Shown here: piece by piece, positions 16,949 to 26,303 of the stretch
Position numbering within the stretch: the stretch's first letter is position 1
How the letters are laid out: every line of letters begins with the position of its first letter
Virus record (IMG/VR): IMGVR_UViG_3300045988_151198
DNA: 64,000 nucleotides
Direction: 5' to 3' (one strand)
DNA from: a virus
Made by a program: the position numbers and the translations under genes
Notes under the pieces: model-generated
Databases searched by the model: none
Seen by the model: only the letters and a program-made list of their open reading frames with translations
Told to the model about the DNA's origin: nothing

Positions 16949-17499
16949 AGGATACTAAAGTTATCAATCTTTATGGAGGCCCCGGATGCGGGAAAAGTAC
17001 CGGAGCCGCCCATATATTCTCGGAGCTAAAGCTGTGTGGGATTTCTTGCGAGCTTGTAACTGAGTTTGCTAAAGATTGTGTATGGGACAATAGCGTCGAC
17101 CTACTGAATGATCAATTGCTCGTTACTGCGCAGCAATGGCATCGAGTAGATAGGCTTCTTGGAAAAGTTGATTATGTTATTACGGACTCGCCTATCCTGA
17201 TTGGACTGGCATATATCGCTCCTAGGTCTTATTACTCCGCGCCTTTGACAAATCTAATTTTAAACCTTCATCAGTCTGCAAAAACAATAGATGTTCTTGT
17301 AAAAAGGGTTAAAAAATATTCCTCGACAGGTAGAATTCAAACGGAAACGGAAGCAAAAGAGAAAGATTCTATCATCAAAGAGATTTTTGATAAGTATACT
17401 AACTTGTCTTCTCAATTCTATATTGTTGGAGATGAGGATGGCTATAATGCTGTAATCGACCTAATTCTTTTTAACCATAAAGGAAAGAGAAATAATTAA
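16939..17499 (+). CDS. P-loop NTPase; possibly a (deoxy)nucleotide or nucleoside kinase
   Basis: Walker A GGPGCGKST near the N-terminus and Walker B-like VDYVITDSP; about 186 aa. Sits within the nucleotide-metabolism module between nrdD and nrdG. Confidence 0.5.
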   Translation: MYMKDTKVINLYGGPGCGKSTGAAHIFSELKLCGISCELVTEFAKDCVWDNSVDLLNDQLLVTAQQWHRVDRLLGKVDYVITDSPILIGLAYIAPRSYYSAPLTNLILNLHQSAKTIDVLVKRVKKYSSTGRIQTETEAKEKDSIIKEIFDKYTNLSSQFYIVGDEDGYNAVIDLILFNHKGKRNN

Positions 17500-18002
17500 T
17501 GAGATATGCAAAAATTCGTCTTATGGACATAGCGAATGGCCCCGGCATTAGAGTAAGTATTTATTTTCAAGGTTGTAGCCATCATTGTAAAAATTGTTTT
17601 AATCCAGAAACGTGGCCTTTTTACGAGGGCTCCGAATTTAGAGAACCTGAGATTAAAGCTGTTATTGAGGCGGCAAAAGAACCATTTATTAAAGGTCTTT
17701 CAATACTCGGAGGAGAACCTTTCCAACAAAACCACGAAGACCTTGCGGAATTTATTCAAAGATTTAAATGGGAAGTTAATAAGCCCATCTGGATCTGGAC
17801 CGGATATAAGTTTGAGGATTTGGTTAAACATTCATTTTTGCGCGATAAAGTGCTTTCTGAGGTCATAACCGTTGTCGACGGAACATTTATTGATTCCCTA
17901 AAAGACCCAAATCTTAAATTCAGGGGGAGCAGCAATCAGCGTATCATTGATGTTCAAAAATCGTTGAAAGAAAATAAAGTAATCACCTATTCCGAATATT
18001 GA
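17499..18002 (+). CDS. nrdG: anaerobic ribonucleotide reductase activating protein (radical SAM)
   Basis: CxxxCxxC radical-SAM motif GCSHHCKNC near the N-terminus; 167 aa, typical for NrdG; directly downstream of nrdD. Confidence 0.8.
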   Translation: MRYAKIRLMDIANGPGIRVSIYFQGCSHHCKNCFNPETWPFYEGSEFREPEIKAVIEAAKEPFIKGLSILGGEPFQQNHEDLAEFIQRFKWEVNKPIWIWTGYKFEDLVKHSFLRDKVLSEVITVVDGTFIDSLKDPNLKFRGSSNQRIIDVQKSLKENKVITYSEY

Positions 18003-18022
18003 TATAAATAAAAATTAATAAT

Positions 18023-18048
18023 GGGGCGTATTTACGCCCCATATTTTT
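18023..18048 (+). terminator. rho-independent terminator (GGGGCGT-attt-ACGCCCC followed by a T-run)
   Basis: A 7-bp GC stem followed by ATATTTTT. It separates the early/middle genes from the morphogenesis genes. Confidence 0.65.
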
Positions 18049-18061
18049 CCTATTTTACAAT

Positions 18062-18090
18062 TTTGTCAATTTTTTACTTGACAAAGGAAA
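18062..18090 (+). promoter_or_regulatory. palindromic operator-like element TTGTCAAttttttacTTGACAA, overlapping a -35-like TTGACA upstream of the portal gene
   Basis: Inverted repeat TTGTCAA/TTGACAA with an 8-nt spacer. TTGACA lies at 18080-18085, but the -10 is poor, suggesting an activator-dependent late promoter. Confidence 0.35.
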
Positions 18091-18141
18091 ATATATGTCG
18101 TATAGGACGTAGTAGTAAATTTTTACCGTAGGGCAGGTACT

Positions 18142-19470
18142 ATGGGTTTTTTAAATATTTTCAATAACTTCCGAAAAAAGGATTCAGAATATAAATCGAA
18201 TATGGATGATTCGTTCTTAAATTCGATTTCTGTTTCCGATTCCGGTACTCCCGTTACCACACGGACAGCACTTGATTGTTCTGTCGTCTTGGCTTGTGTT
18301 TCCGTTATTTCCAATGGTATCGCTCAGGTTCCTTTTCGTTTGTATCAAAAAAAGGGAAATACTAGAAAGCCAGCGGAAAATCATCCATTGTATTGGCTTT
18401 TTGAGGAAGGCCCAAATCCATATCAAAGCCAATTTGAATTTCGGGAGACTCTCGGCTTGCATCTCGCGCTGACTGGAGAGGCTTTCGTTTGGCTTGTAAG
18501 AGTACGTGGAGAGATTAAGGAGATGTATCCTTTCCCTCCCGGCATGGTTAATGTTCAGATGGATGAATCTGATTCTCTTGGGCTTCGGTCAAAATATTTT
18601 GTAACGACCGAAAACGGGCGATATATTGAAATTCCTGAAAAGGATATGTGGCATTTGAAGTGGAGGGGGTACGATGTTATTCGTGGACTGTCTCCTGTCA
18701 AACTGGCAAAAAATGCTATTGGTCTTTCTTTGTCTTCGGATAAATATCTTGGAACATCTTTAAAGAATGGAGTTAAACCTTCCGGAATTCTTACCGCAGT
18801 AAATGACTTGACAGAGGAACAGAGAAAGCGTATTCGTGAGACGTGGGAGAGAGAATATAGCGGTTCAAGAAATGCCAATAAGACAATTATCTTGAGCAAC
18901 GATTTTCGATATCAGCAGATGTCCATGACTAATCAGGACGCTCAGTTTGTTGAGAATCGTCAATTCCAAGTTGCGGATCTTTGTCGAAATTGGGGAGTGA
19001 TGCCAATCATGGTCTTTGATTATATGAAGACCACAACGTACGCATCTTCCGAACAGCTTTTCTTACAGCATAAAATTCATACGCTTGATCCGTGGTATCG
19101 GCGTATTGAAACGAGTGCTAATAAATTCTTGCTCACAGAAGAACAGCGTAGAAAGGAAGGTCTGTATTTCAAGTTCATGGATGATGGATTGCTTCGTGGC
19201 GACGCAAAAAGCCGTGCCGAAGTTTATCGTACTGCCATCAATTCCGGATATATGACTCCTAACGAAGTTCGAGCCCTGTCTGAAATGAATCCCGTCAAGG
19301 GCGGCGATGAGCTATTTATGCAGGGGGCTATGAGGACTGTAGAATCCATTGTTAAGGAAGCGGACGTAATGGACGCGCAGATTCCTCAATCAGGTAGTAC
19401 AATTCCGAAAAAACCTAAAAACGGAGAGACGAACAATGGCGATCAACGGAATGACGAAGACAATGAGTAA
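18142..19470 (+). CDS. portal protein (HK97-family-like)
   Basis: 442 aa. It is the first gene of the morphogenesis block and is followed by the protease and capsid genes. The size and charged C-terminal tail are typical of portals. Confidence 0.7.
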   Translation: MGFLNIFNNFRKKDSEYKSNMDDSFLNSISVSDSGTPVTTRTALDCSVVLACVSVISNGIAQVPFRLYQKKGNTRKPAENHPLYWLFEEGPNPYQSQFEFRETLGLHLALTGEAFVWLVRVRGEIKEMYPFPPGMVNVQMDESDSLGLRSKYFVTTENGRYIEIPEKDMWHLKWRGYDVIRGLSPVKLAKNAIGLSLSSDKYLGTSLKNGVKPSGILTAVNDLTEEQRKRIRETWEREYSGSRNANKTIILSNDFRYQQMSMTNQDAQFVENRQFQVADLCRNWGVMPIMVFDYMKTTTYASSEQLFLQHKIHTLDPWYRRIETSANKFLLTEEQRRKEGLYFKFMDDGLLRGDAKSRAEVYRTAINSGYMTPNEVRALSEMNPVKGGDELFMQGAMRTVESIVKEADVMDAQIPQSGSTIPKKPKNGETNNGDQRNDEDNE

Positions 19471-19639
19471 AGATCAAGCCACCCTTTCTAAGCTTATTTA
19501 TTTCAAGAAACGTGATTTGGATTGGGTAGAGGAGCTTTTGCGGCAAGGCGTCGACCCAACCTGTACTGAATATGAACTCATTAAAAAAGAGTTGGCGGAA
19601 CTGGAGAGCGAATTTAAAGGAAATTCGGAGAAAAAATAA
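19436..19639 (+). CDS. hypothetical small protein
   Basis: 67 aa with a GGAGAG RBS, lying between the portal and protease genes. Confidence 0.4.
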   Translation: MAINGMTKTMSKDQATLSKLIYFKKRDLDWVEELLRQGVDPTCTEYELIKKELAELESEFKGNSEKK

Positions 19640-20577
19640 TGACAGTTGAAACGAAACATTTTTGCCCTTTTAGTGATCTTGAATGTAAAAGTGATGACGG
19701 AGATCAATATACATTTTCCGGATATCTCGCCGTTTGCAATAATGTCGACCAAGGTATGGACGTTATCATGCCCGGCGCATTTAAAGACACTCTCCGAGAA
19801 TGGAAAAATAAGGGGCATTATCCTCCAATGCTAAAGCAGCATGGCGGCATGAAACTTACCGCTGATGATCTTGAGCCTATTGGAAAATGGACGCTTATGC
19901 GTGAGGATGAAAAGGGCCTTTATGTAGAAGGGAAACTTTTCAGTACCACGTCTGGCAAAGATATGTGGACAGTCTTGAAAGAATCAGACCCCGGTTCTAT
20001 GGGCATGAGCATTGGCTATCAAGCCAGAGATTATAAATATGTGGAAGGAAAGAAATACGGTCGGAAATTTTCCGCATATACTGTCCGAGAATTAAATAAA
20101 GTACATCTTATTGAAGGGTCTGTGGTGACGTTTCCCATGAATACGGAAGCTACTATTGACGCGGTGAAAAATATCGGCACTCTGCGAGATGCCGAACAAT
20201 TCCTCCGTGAAAAAGGTTTTTCTAATAAGGAAGCCAAAGATATCGTTGTTCAGCTTAAATCCATTATCTCCGCTGATATTGATGCGGAAATCAAAGGAAT
20301 TAAACAGCCGGAAGAATCTAAGGAGACTCATGAAGAACCCAAGGGCATCCAAGAGGAATCCGTAAATATTTCCGAAGAGTCGAATGAGCCCGAAAACAAT
20401 ACTCCCGAAAATAACGCCGAAGATAAAACGAAAGGCGAAACTGTTTCTGAAAATACAGAAGAAGCTAAAATGGACGAAGAACTTTCTGCATGGCTTGATG
20501 AGGTTATTGCTGCCAAACGTAAAGAAAATGCAGAAAGGGAAGCTCTGGAAGCCTTGGAAGCATTGTTTAAAAAATAA
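19639..20577 (+). CDS. prohead protease (HK97 family) fused to an acidic scaffold-like C-terminal domain
   Basis: N-terminal S78/HK97 protease-like region (FSGYLAVCNNVDQGMDVIMPGAFKDTL). The C-terminal 100 aa are acidic and coiled-coil-like. Canonical position between portal and capsid. Confidence 0.7.
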   Translation: MTVETKHFCPFSDLECKSDDGDQYTFSGYLAVCNNVDQGMDVIMPGAFKDTLREWKNKGHYPPMLKQHGGMKLTADDLEPIGKWTLMREDEKGLYVEGKLFSTTSGKDMWTVLKESDPGSMGMSIGYQARDYKYVEGKKYGRKFSAYTVRELNKVHLIEGSVVTFPMNTEATIDAVKNIGTLRDAEQFLREKGFSNKEAKDIVVQLKSIISADIDAEIKGIKQPEESKETHEEPKGIQEESVNISEESNEPENNTPENNAEDKTKGETVSENTEEAKMDEELSAWLDEVIAAKRKENAEREALEALEALFKK

Positions 20578-20603
20578 TTTTTAATAAAAAATATGACTGA
20601 TTA

Positions 20604-20642
20604 TTACGCCGTTTTCTTAATTGAGACGGCGTAATTTTTTTG
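20604..20642 (+). terminator. rho-independent terminator (TTACGCCGT...ACGGCGTAA followed by T7)
   Basis: A 9-bp stem with a 13-nt loop followed by TTTTTTTGTTCTTTTT. Confidence 0.6.
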
Positions 20643-20662
20643 TTCTTTTTAAAAAAGGGGTT

Positions 20663-20700
20663 GACAAAAATGTAAAAATATGATTTACACTATCAAAGTC
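20663..20700 (+). promoter_or_regulatory. promoter-like TTGACA element upstream of the capsid gene
   Basis: GGGGTTGACAaaaatgtaaaaatatgatttacact; the -35 is perfect and the -10 is ambiguous. Confidence 0.3.
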
Positions 20701-20787
20701 AATATTGGCAATGCCTCAGTTCGGGATGAATGGGAGGTACTTTTTACTTTATCTATTTTAAAAATCTCGAAAAGAGGAAGTGTTTTT

Positions 20788-22089
20788 ATGGCTGAAAATA
20801 CTATTATCGACAAGATCAATGCACTTTGGGAGGAGCAGAAGGCTGCTCTCGACAAGCGTGATGAACTCCTGAAAAAGGATAGCTCTGCCGCTATTTCCGA
20901 TCTCAAAGAAATGCTTGCTAAACAGGACGAAGACTTTAAGAAGTATAAGGCTGAGGCGGACGAAGAGATTAAGCGTCTCAAGATTTCAAGCGCCCCCTCT
21001 GGTGATCCGAAGACTCGTGAAGATATGGTTAAGTCCGCTTTCTTCCGTACCGTCCACAAGACCAATTATCAGGATCTTCCCGAGGAATCAAAGTCAGCTC
21101 TTATTGAAGCTGAAATGCGCGCCGCGAAAGCTTATGGCCTTCCCAAGTCAGAAACGGAAATGAAGACCCTCCTGTCTGGTATTGATACCTATGGTGGCAT
21201 TTTCGTCCCTGTGGAAGTCGAACGTGATATCCTGAAACTCGCTCGTGATGACTCTGCGATTTATCGTCTTGCTGAAAAGAAGACTACGGGTACGTCAAGC
21301 TATGAACGTCCTGTCCGTCTTTCCGAATCATCTGCTGTGTGGACTGGTGAAGTCGAAACGCGCCGCGAAACCAAGACTCCGGATTACGGTCAGCTCAAGT
21401 GGGATGTCCATACGCTCATGGCGAAGCCTACTTTGTCTTCCGAACTCATCGAAGACTCTTATGTTGATATTGAAGCCGAACTCATGGACAGTACTCGTAT
21501 CGCCTTCGGTGAAACGATTGCTCATGCCCATGTGTGGGGCAATGGCGTGAAGAAGCCTTTCGGCATTCTTGCCTATCCCGTTGCCGAACAGACTGGCAAG
21601 GCTGGTGTTGATTGGGGCAAGCTCGGTTTTGCTAAGACTGGCAAGTCTGGTGCGTTCCTTCCTTACGATTCTGCCTCTAAGGATAAAGGCCCCGCCGATT
21701 GCCTTATCGATATGACCACCTTCCTGAAACGTGGTTATCGTCAGGGCGCTAACTGGTTGATGAACTCCTTTACCGAGTCCTCCGTGCGTAAGCTCAAGGA
21801 TAACGATGGTAACTATCTGTGGCAGCCGTCCTTGCAGATGGGCAAGCCGAACACCCTGCTCGGCTACAACATCGAAATTGACGAAAATATGCCCGACATT
21901 GAAGCCAATGCTTTCTCTATAGCCTTCGGCAACTTCCGTAAGGGATATCTTGTTGTCGAACGTCGCGGTATGCGTATCCAGCGAGACACCGTGACCAAGG
22001 CCCCTCTCGTTATCTTCAACATTGACCTGCGTACTGGCGGCGGCATTCAGAACTTTGAAGCGATTAAGCTGCTCAAGTTCGCGGCCTAA
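20788..22089 (+). CDS. major capsid protein (HK97 fold)
   Basis: About 433 aa. Start set to MAENTII after the AAAAGAGGAAG RBS. It follows the protease, and its size and gene order fit an HK97-like major capsid protein. Confidence 0.75.
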   Translation: MAENTIIDKINALWEEQKAALDKRDELLKKDSSAAISDLKEMLAKQDEDFKKYKAEADEEIKRLKISSAPSGDPKTREDMVKSAFFRTVHKTNYQDLPEESKSALIEAEMRAAKAYGLPKSETEMKTLLSGIDTYGGIFVPVEVERDILKLARDDSAIYRLAEKKTTGTSSYERPVRLSESSAVWTGEVETRRETKTPDYGQLKWDVHTLMAKPTLSSELIEDSYVDIEAELMDSTRIAFGETIAHAHVWGNGVKKPFGILAYPVAEQTGKAGVDWGKLGFAKTGKSGAFLPYDSASKDKGPADCLIDMTTFLKRGYRQGANWLMNSFTESSVRKLKDNDGNYLWQPSLQMGKPNTLLGYNIEIDENMPDIEANAFSIAFGNFRKGYLVVERRGMRIQRDTVTKAPLVIFNIDLRTGGGIQNFEAIKLLKFAA

Positions 22090-22109
22090 GCAAAAAAGGA
22101 GAAATCATT

Positions 22110-22460
22110 ATGGCTATGAAAGATCTTGCATCTCATATGAAGGTGGTCCCGGTTACTTCGGGAACTCCCATTGACATTCAGGGGTTCAATTCCGTTACTT
22201 TCGTGCTCGAAGGTGACGGCACCAATGAAGCTTCGCTTGCTATTACGCATGGCGACACGGATTCTACCGCTACCGAGGAACTTGAACCTCTGGACCTCAC
22301 TAAACCCATTGCGGAAGTGAAAGTCACTGCGTCCGCCAAGAGTGCTAAAGTCGGTTACATCGGTAGCCGCCAGTTCGTGAAGGTTGAAGTTACTAAGTCC
22401 GCTGGCACCCCGACCGTTCATGCGGTCCTGATGCGTGCCGACCTCGTTCCGGTGGAGTAA
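22110..22460 (+). CDS. hypothetical head protein (possible decoration or Ig-like protein)
   Basis: 116 aa, Thr/Val-rich with a beta-rich composition, immediately after the major capsid gene. Confidence 0.4.
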   Translation: MAMKDLASHMKVVPVTSGTPIDIQGFNSVTFVLEGDGTNEASLAITHGDTDSTATEELEPLDLTKPIAEVKVTASAKSAKVGYIGSRQFVKVEVTKSAGTPTVHAVLMRADLVPVE

Positions 22461-22466
22461 TCCCCT

Positions 22467-22778
22467 ATGGCTATCAACGAAGCGATTACCAGCGTAGCAT
22501 CTCCTGTAGAAGTCTCCGCTGATGAAACCCCGAAGTCTTCCGCGAAGCCTAAATCATCAAAAGAAATTGTGAGTGGGGCGGATACCGCCCCCTCCGTTTC
22601 AGAAGATGTTATGGGTATCGTAGAGGACCTGAAAAAGGCCGGGCTTGATGAACGACTTAAAAGGGAAAATCTGACTATCGTTGCTTTTGTCGGTGGTCGT
22701 TCCGGTTTCGGTTCCGCCGAGATTGTTCTTACCGAGCTTGCCGATAAAGTAAAGCATAAAATCAACGAAGGGAAATAG
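22467..22778 (+). CDS. hypothetical head-associated protein
   Basis: 103 aa with a GGAG RBS. Confidence 0.4.
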   Translation: MAINEAITSVASPVEVSADETPKSSAKPKSSKEIVSGADTAPSVSEDVMGIVEDLKKAGLDERLKRENLTIVAFVGGRSGFGSAEIVLTELADKVKHKINEGK

Positions 22779-22783
22779 ACGAT

Positions 22784-23746
22784 ATGAGTCTTGACATGAC
22801 CATTGCCCCTAAATGCTATCCTGTTTCTGTGGAAGAGGTTAAGCAGCATTTGAGGCTGAATACCACAACTGCGGAAGAAGATTTTTATATTGAAAATCTT
22901 ATAGCTTCCGCTACGACTCACGCGGAACAGAAGACCGGGCGAGTTTTTGTAGATTCAGAATGGTCGTGGACTCCCTCCGAAAAAGAGATGAATGGGTCTG
23001 CGGTTCCTCTCCCCGTGGTTCCCGTTACATCCGTAGAAGTGTTTGACTCTTCGGGTCAGCCTGTCTCTCCTGACCTGTATACCGTTGAATACCCTGCGTT
23101 GTCGCCGCAAGGAAATCCGCTTATTGGATCTCTCTCCCCTTTGAGCGGATTTCCCCTCAATCCAAAAATTGTTCTTCGCGCTGGATATACGGTAGAAGAA
23201 AAATTGGAAAAAATTGTAACTAACGAATCTCCTTTCATTGAACCAGCTAAAACCGGATTCACTGAATCTAGTGTTATTCTCGTATTCAATCGACCCATTA
23301 TGGGCGATGCAAAACCAGAAAATTTTCAAATCTATGATTCCGTTGGAAACAACGTACCCGTGCTTGCCATTTTTGTCAAGGATGATGTTGTAGAAATTCA
23401 GACTACGGAAGCATCAATTGTAAAAGGTGCATCCCTCATCATAAATTATGCTGGTGGTTTCATTCACGATGAATTTCATAATTATGTAGATGCCCAATCT
23501 GTAAAGCTTCCTCCTATCACGGAAATTCCGAAATTACATATTTCGCCTGATGCGATCCCAACTCAAAAAGTTTTTGTAAGCAATTGTCCTCATCCTTTGA
23601 AACAATGGATTATGGTTCGTACAGGAACGCTCTTTCAGCAAAGGTCTGAAATAGCCCTTCGTGCTGGCAAATCTAACGACGCATTATTTCCAAGCAATTT
23701 TATAGATAATATATTGGACACATTTAAAATTATAGGATTTGTTTGA
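22784..23746 (+). CDS. head-tail connector (gp6-like N-terminal domain) with a C-terminal extension
   Basis: The N-terminus ...VSVEEVKQHLRLNTTTAEEDFYIENLIASATTHAEQKTGRVF matches the Phage_connect_1 / gp6-like motif. It is 320 aa, longer than usual. Confidence 0.5.
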   Translation: MSLDMTIAPKCYPVSVEEVKQHLRLNTTTAEEDFYIENLIASATTHAEQKTGRVFVDSEWSWTPSEKEMNGSAVPLPVVPVTSVEVFDSSGQPVSPDLYTVEYPALSPQGNPLIGSLSPLSGFPLNPKIVLRAGYTVEEKLEKIVTNESPFIEPAKTGFTESSVILVFNRPIMGDAKPENFQIYDSVGNNVPVLAIFVKDDVVEIQTTEASIVKGASLIINYAGGFIHDEFHNYVDAQSVKLPPITEIPKLHISPDAIPTQKVFVSNCPHPLKQWIMVRTGTLFQQRSEIALRAGKSNDALFPSNFIDNILDTFKIIGFV

Positions 23747-24098
23747 TATGCTTGATTATACTTCAAATCCTGCCGTATTAAATAAAAGAGCGACATTGCT
23801 TAAAGAAGTTCGATCAAGAGACGTTACTGGTTCACCGACAAGTTTATATCATCCTGTAGCTGACATCTATGTTGGCATTGAATATATGTCTGGGAGAGAA
23901 TATTGGATTGCTTCTCAGTCTCAAGGAGAAGGGACGATACGACTTTCCATGAGATTTCGTTCGGACGTTTCAGACAGAAGTAGATTCATATTACATTCGG
24001 ATCATGAAGGCGATATTGTTTTGGAAGTAAAGTCACCTCCTATAAATAAAGAGAATACTTATCTTGAAGTTATGTGTAGGAGACTTTCCGATGCTTAA
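23739..24098 (+). CDS. head-tail adaptor / head closure protein (putative)
   Basis: 119 aa, in the canonical position after the connector. Confidence 0.35.
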   Translation: MFDMLDYTSNPAVLNKRATLLKEVRSRDVTGSPTSLYHPVADIYVGIEYMSGREYWIASQSQGEGTIRLSMRFRSDVSDRSRFILHSDHEGDIVLEVKSPPINKENTYLEVMCRRLSDA

Positions 24099-24501
24099 TA
24101 CGCCATTAAAGCTTGTCCAAAGAGCGGAAACAAAACTTTTTCAACTTTTCATAAAGTCTCAAGAAGTAAAAAAATTTTTTGGTGAAAATATTTTCCAAGG
24201 AATCGTCGAAGCGAACACTGTAGCTAATACTAAACGCTTCGTTCTAATTCATCGAATTTCCGGAGATCCCTTGGACAAAACACTTTCTGATAGGGGAGAC
24301 TTATTGCGGTCAGTCCGTGTACAAGTTGATGTAATGAGCACCAACTATGCAGACGCCACAGAGGGTTCCGAAATTATCAGAAGTTTATCGGAAACGGAGT
24401 TTCCATCTTGCGTAGATGGAGATCATTATGGAACAACGCAGATTGGGCAAAATATTTGGCATATTCAATCTGTAGATTTTATCCTTGAAGAAGGAGCTTA
24501 A
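24091..24501 (+). CDS. tail completion / neck protein (putative)
   Basis: Start set to MLNTPLKL after the AGGAGA RBS; overlaps the upstream gene by 8 nt. Confidence 0.35.
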   Translation: MLNTPLKLVQRAETKLFQLFIKSQEVKKFFGENIFQGIVEANTVANTKRFVLIHRISGDPLDKTLSDRGDLLRSVRVQVDVMSTNYADATEGSEIIRSLSETEFPSCVDGDHYGTTQIGQNIWHIQSVDFILEEGA

Positions 24502-24503
24502 CA

Positions 24504-25307
24504 ATGGCTGTATCTTATCAAGCCAGAACGAGTAAAGGACTGAAATTCTTCCGTGGTACGGGGTCTTCTTTCGCTACGGCAGTATGGGAACACGTTCCGG
24601 GAATTTCGGCTTGGAATGGACCTAACATTTCCAAACCTACAATTACCGTTACGACTACTCAATCGGAAGCCGTAGAAAAAATCTCGGATATTCCTGATAA
24701 CGGCACTATTACTTTTAACGGTTATGTTGATGACCTTTGTGAAACGCATCAGAATTTGCTGACGCAAGATTTGTACTCTCGTGATTACCGTCCGTGTAAG
24801 GTAGAATTCCCCACGGGTACGGTTATGTACTTCATGGGCCAGCTTACCGGGATGCCGCTTTCTGGTGGTGTCGGTGCTGCGAATACGACTACGTACACTT
24901 TCGATGTTTCCAGCAAGATTGAATGGGTTTTTGGTGGTAAACGCGCAACCTTGAGTTGGGATAGCACACTCGCTGGCACTGAATCGTCTGGCGCTGTGAC
25001 TGGTAAAGTTACTGTAACGCTTATTCCGGGTAAGGAATCTACTGCTAAATTTACTACGAGCGTTGAAAACGCCGCAAACTTTACCGCAAATACGCATTAT
25101 AAATTGGCTAATGTTCCGGCGGGACTTGTTGGTGCTCTTAAGAAAGTTAGTGATACGGTTGCTGAATTGTCTTTCACTGGAGCCGCTACTAATAAGGCAG
25201 ATGTTTTTAATATCGCCTTGACTTTTATGGATAGCGCTTTTGCTAATGCTGATGCGAATCTCATTTCCGGCAGTACGAAGACCGATATTGCTATCACTTT
25301 CGTTTAA
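24504..25307 (+). CDS. major tail (tube) protein
   Basis: 267 aa, upstream of the G/GT chaperones and the tape measure. The N-terminus MAVSYQARTSKGLKFFRGTG is paralogous to ORF 43580. Confidence 0.6.
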   Translation: MAVSYQARTSKGLKFFRGTGSSFATAVWEHVPGISAWNGPNISKPTITVTTTQSEAVEKISDIPDNGTITFNGYVDDLCETHQNLLTQDLYSRDYRPCKVEFPTGTVMYFMGQLTGMPLSGGVGAANTTTYTFDVSSKIEWVFGGKRATLSWDSTLAGTESSGAVTGKVTVTLIPGKESTAKFTTSVENAANFTANTHYKLANVPAGLVGALKKVSDTVAELSFTGAATNKADVFNIALTFMDSAFANADANLISGSTKTDIAITFV

Positions 25308-25328
25308 TCTATAACAACCAAATAGAAA

Positions 25329-25352
25329 GAGAGGGAGAATCGTCTCCCTCTC
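25329..25352 (+). terminator. GC-rich hairpin GAGAGGGAG...CTCCCTCTC after the major tail gene (possible attenuator)
   Basis: A 9-bp perfect stem with no U-tract. Commonly seen after highly expressed tail tube genes. Confidence 0.35.
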
Positions 25353-25379
25353 GAAAAAAAAATTCAGGAGAGGAATCAT

Positions 25380-25751
25380 ATGGCTATTCTTACTATTGAA
25401 AAATTTGCGGAGCTGCGTAATAGTCTTACTGTTGTGAAAGACAAGTTTTATATCCCCGTATGGGACGCGGAAGTTTACATGCGTAGACTGAGCGCCGGGG
25501 AAGCAATGAAAATTTATAGCCGCGCCGAGAAAGTTCAAGACGAGGATAAAAAGGTCGAAGAGTATAACTTTGCGATGTACCGCATGGTTATTGCTTGCCT
25601 TGTCGATGAGAACGGCAACCAGATGCTTACTGAAAATGACATCAATTGGCTTTTGAGTCAGGATGTTCAGGTTGTTACTGCCTTGGTTGAAGCCGCATCA
25701 AAGATGAATACTATCAATGAAAAGGCTCAGGAAGAGGCAGAAAAAAACTAA
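25380..25751 (+). CDS. tail assembly chaperone (G-like)
   Basis: 123 aa directly upstream of the tape measure. Ends at a slippery A AAA AAC site. Confidence 0.6.
   Translation: MAILTIEKFAELRNSLTVVKDKFYIPVWDAEVYMRRLSAGEAMKIYSRAEKVQDEDKKVEEYNFAMYRMVIACLVDENGNQMLTENDINWLLSQDVQVVTALVEAASKMNTINEKAQEEAEKN
25741..25747 (+). promoter_or_regulatory. programmed -1 ribosomal frameshift slippery heptamer A AAA AAC
   Basis: The heptamer lies in the zero frame 3 codons before the G stop. The -1 frame continues open to 25990 (KKLTTGWLWMFAYSLARDL...). Confidence 0.55.
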
Positions 25752-25990
25752 CTACTGGCTGGCTTTGGATGTTTGCGTATTCTCTTGCGCGTGATCTTCA
25801 TATGACGGTAAACCAGCTTTTAGAAAACATGGACGTAGAAGAGTTCATGGGATGGGTTGCCTACCATAAGATTAAAAACGAAGAACAAGAGAATGAAGAA
25901 GGGGGCCAATCTCCTAGAAAAAGAGAGATGACCCCCGAAGAACAAGAAAAGGCGATGTTCGCTCTTTATGGCGGAAAAGTTATTGAATAA
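25746..25990 (+). CDS. T-extension of the tail assembly chaperone (GT fusion product via -1 frameshift)
   Basis: ORF 25769..25990 lies in the -1 frame relative to G and is contiguous with the slippery site. This is the classic G/GT arrangement before the tape measure. Confidence 0.5.
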
Positions 25991-25999
25991 AAAAGTCGC

Positions 26000-26266
26000 C
26001 TACTTCTTCGCAGCGTTTTCTTTATCCAGCCGTTTGCGCGCCTCCCATTCTTTACGCATCGAAACAATCTGATTGATGCCCGGAATAATTGCACTCTTGA
26101 GTAGCACATGGCAACTCAATGCCATATACAAACCGATTATGCCCAACTTTGTACCATAAGGTTTTCCATTCACGTCCGCAAGAATACCAAAGGCAAAAAT
26201 CAAGGCACCGATGATTTCAACAGAAACAAAGACTCTAAGCAAAACGTAAAATTTTTTCATTTTCAA
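26000..26266 (-). CDS. small membrane protein (2 TM) on the opposite strand inside the tail module (moron)
   Basis: 88 aa with an AAGGGAG RBS and two hydrophobic helices. Opposite orientation to all surrounding structural genes. Confidence 0.5.
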   Translation of the reverse strand: MKMKKFYVLLRVFVSVEIIGALIFAFGILADVNGKPYGTKLGIIGLYMALSCHVLLKSAIIPGINQIVSMRKEWEARKRLDKENAAKK

Positions 26267-26303
26267 TCTCCCTTAAAAAGCCCGTAATGGATTGGAGGTG
26301 TAC

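Noticed and set aside
24498-25538. 346-aa minus-strand ORF
   Set aside because: Antisense to the major tail protein gene and the intergenic hairpin. It interrupts the otherwise uniform plus-strand morphogenesis operon.
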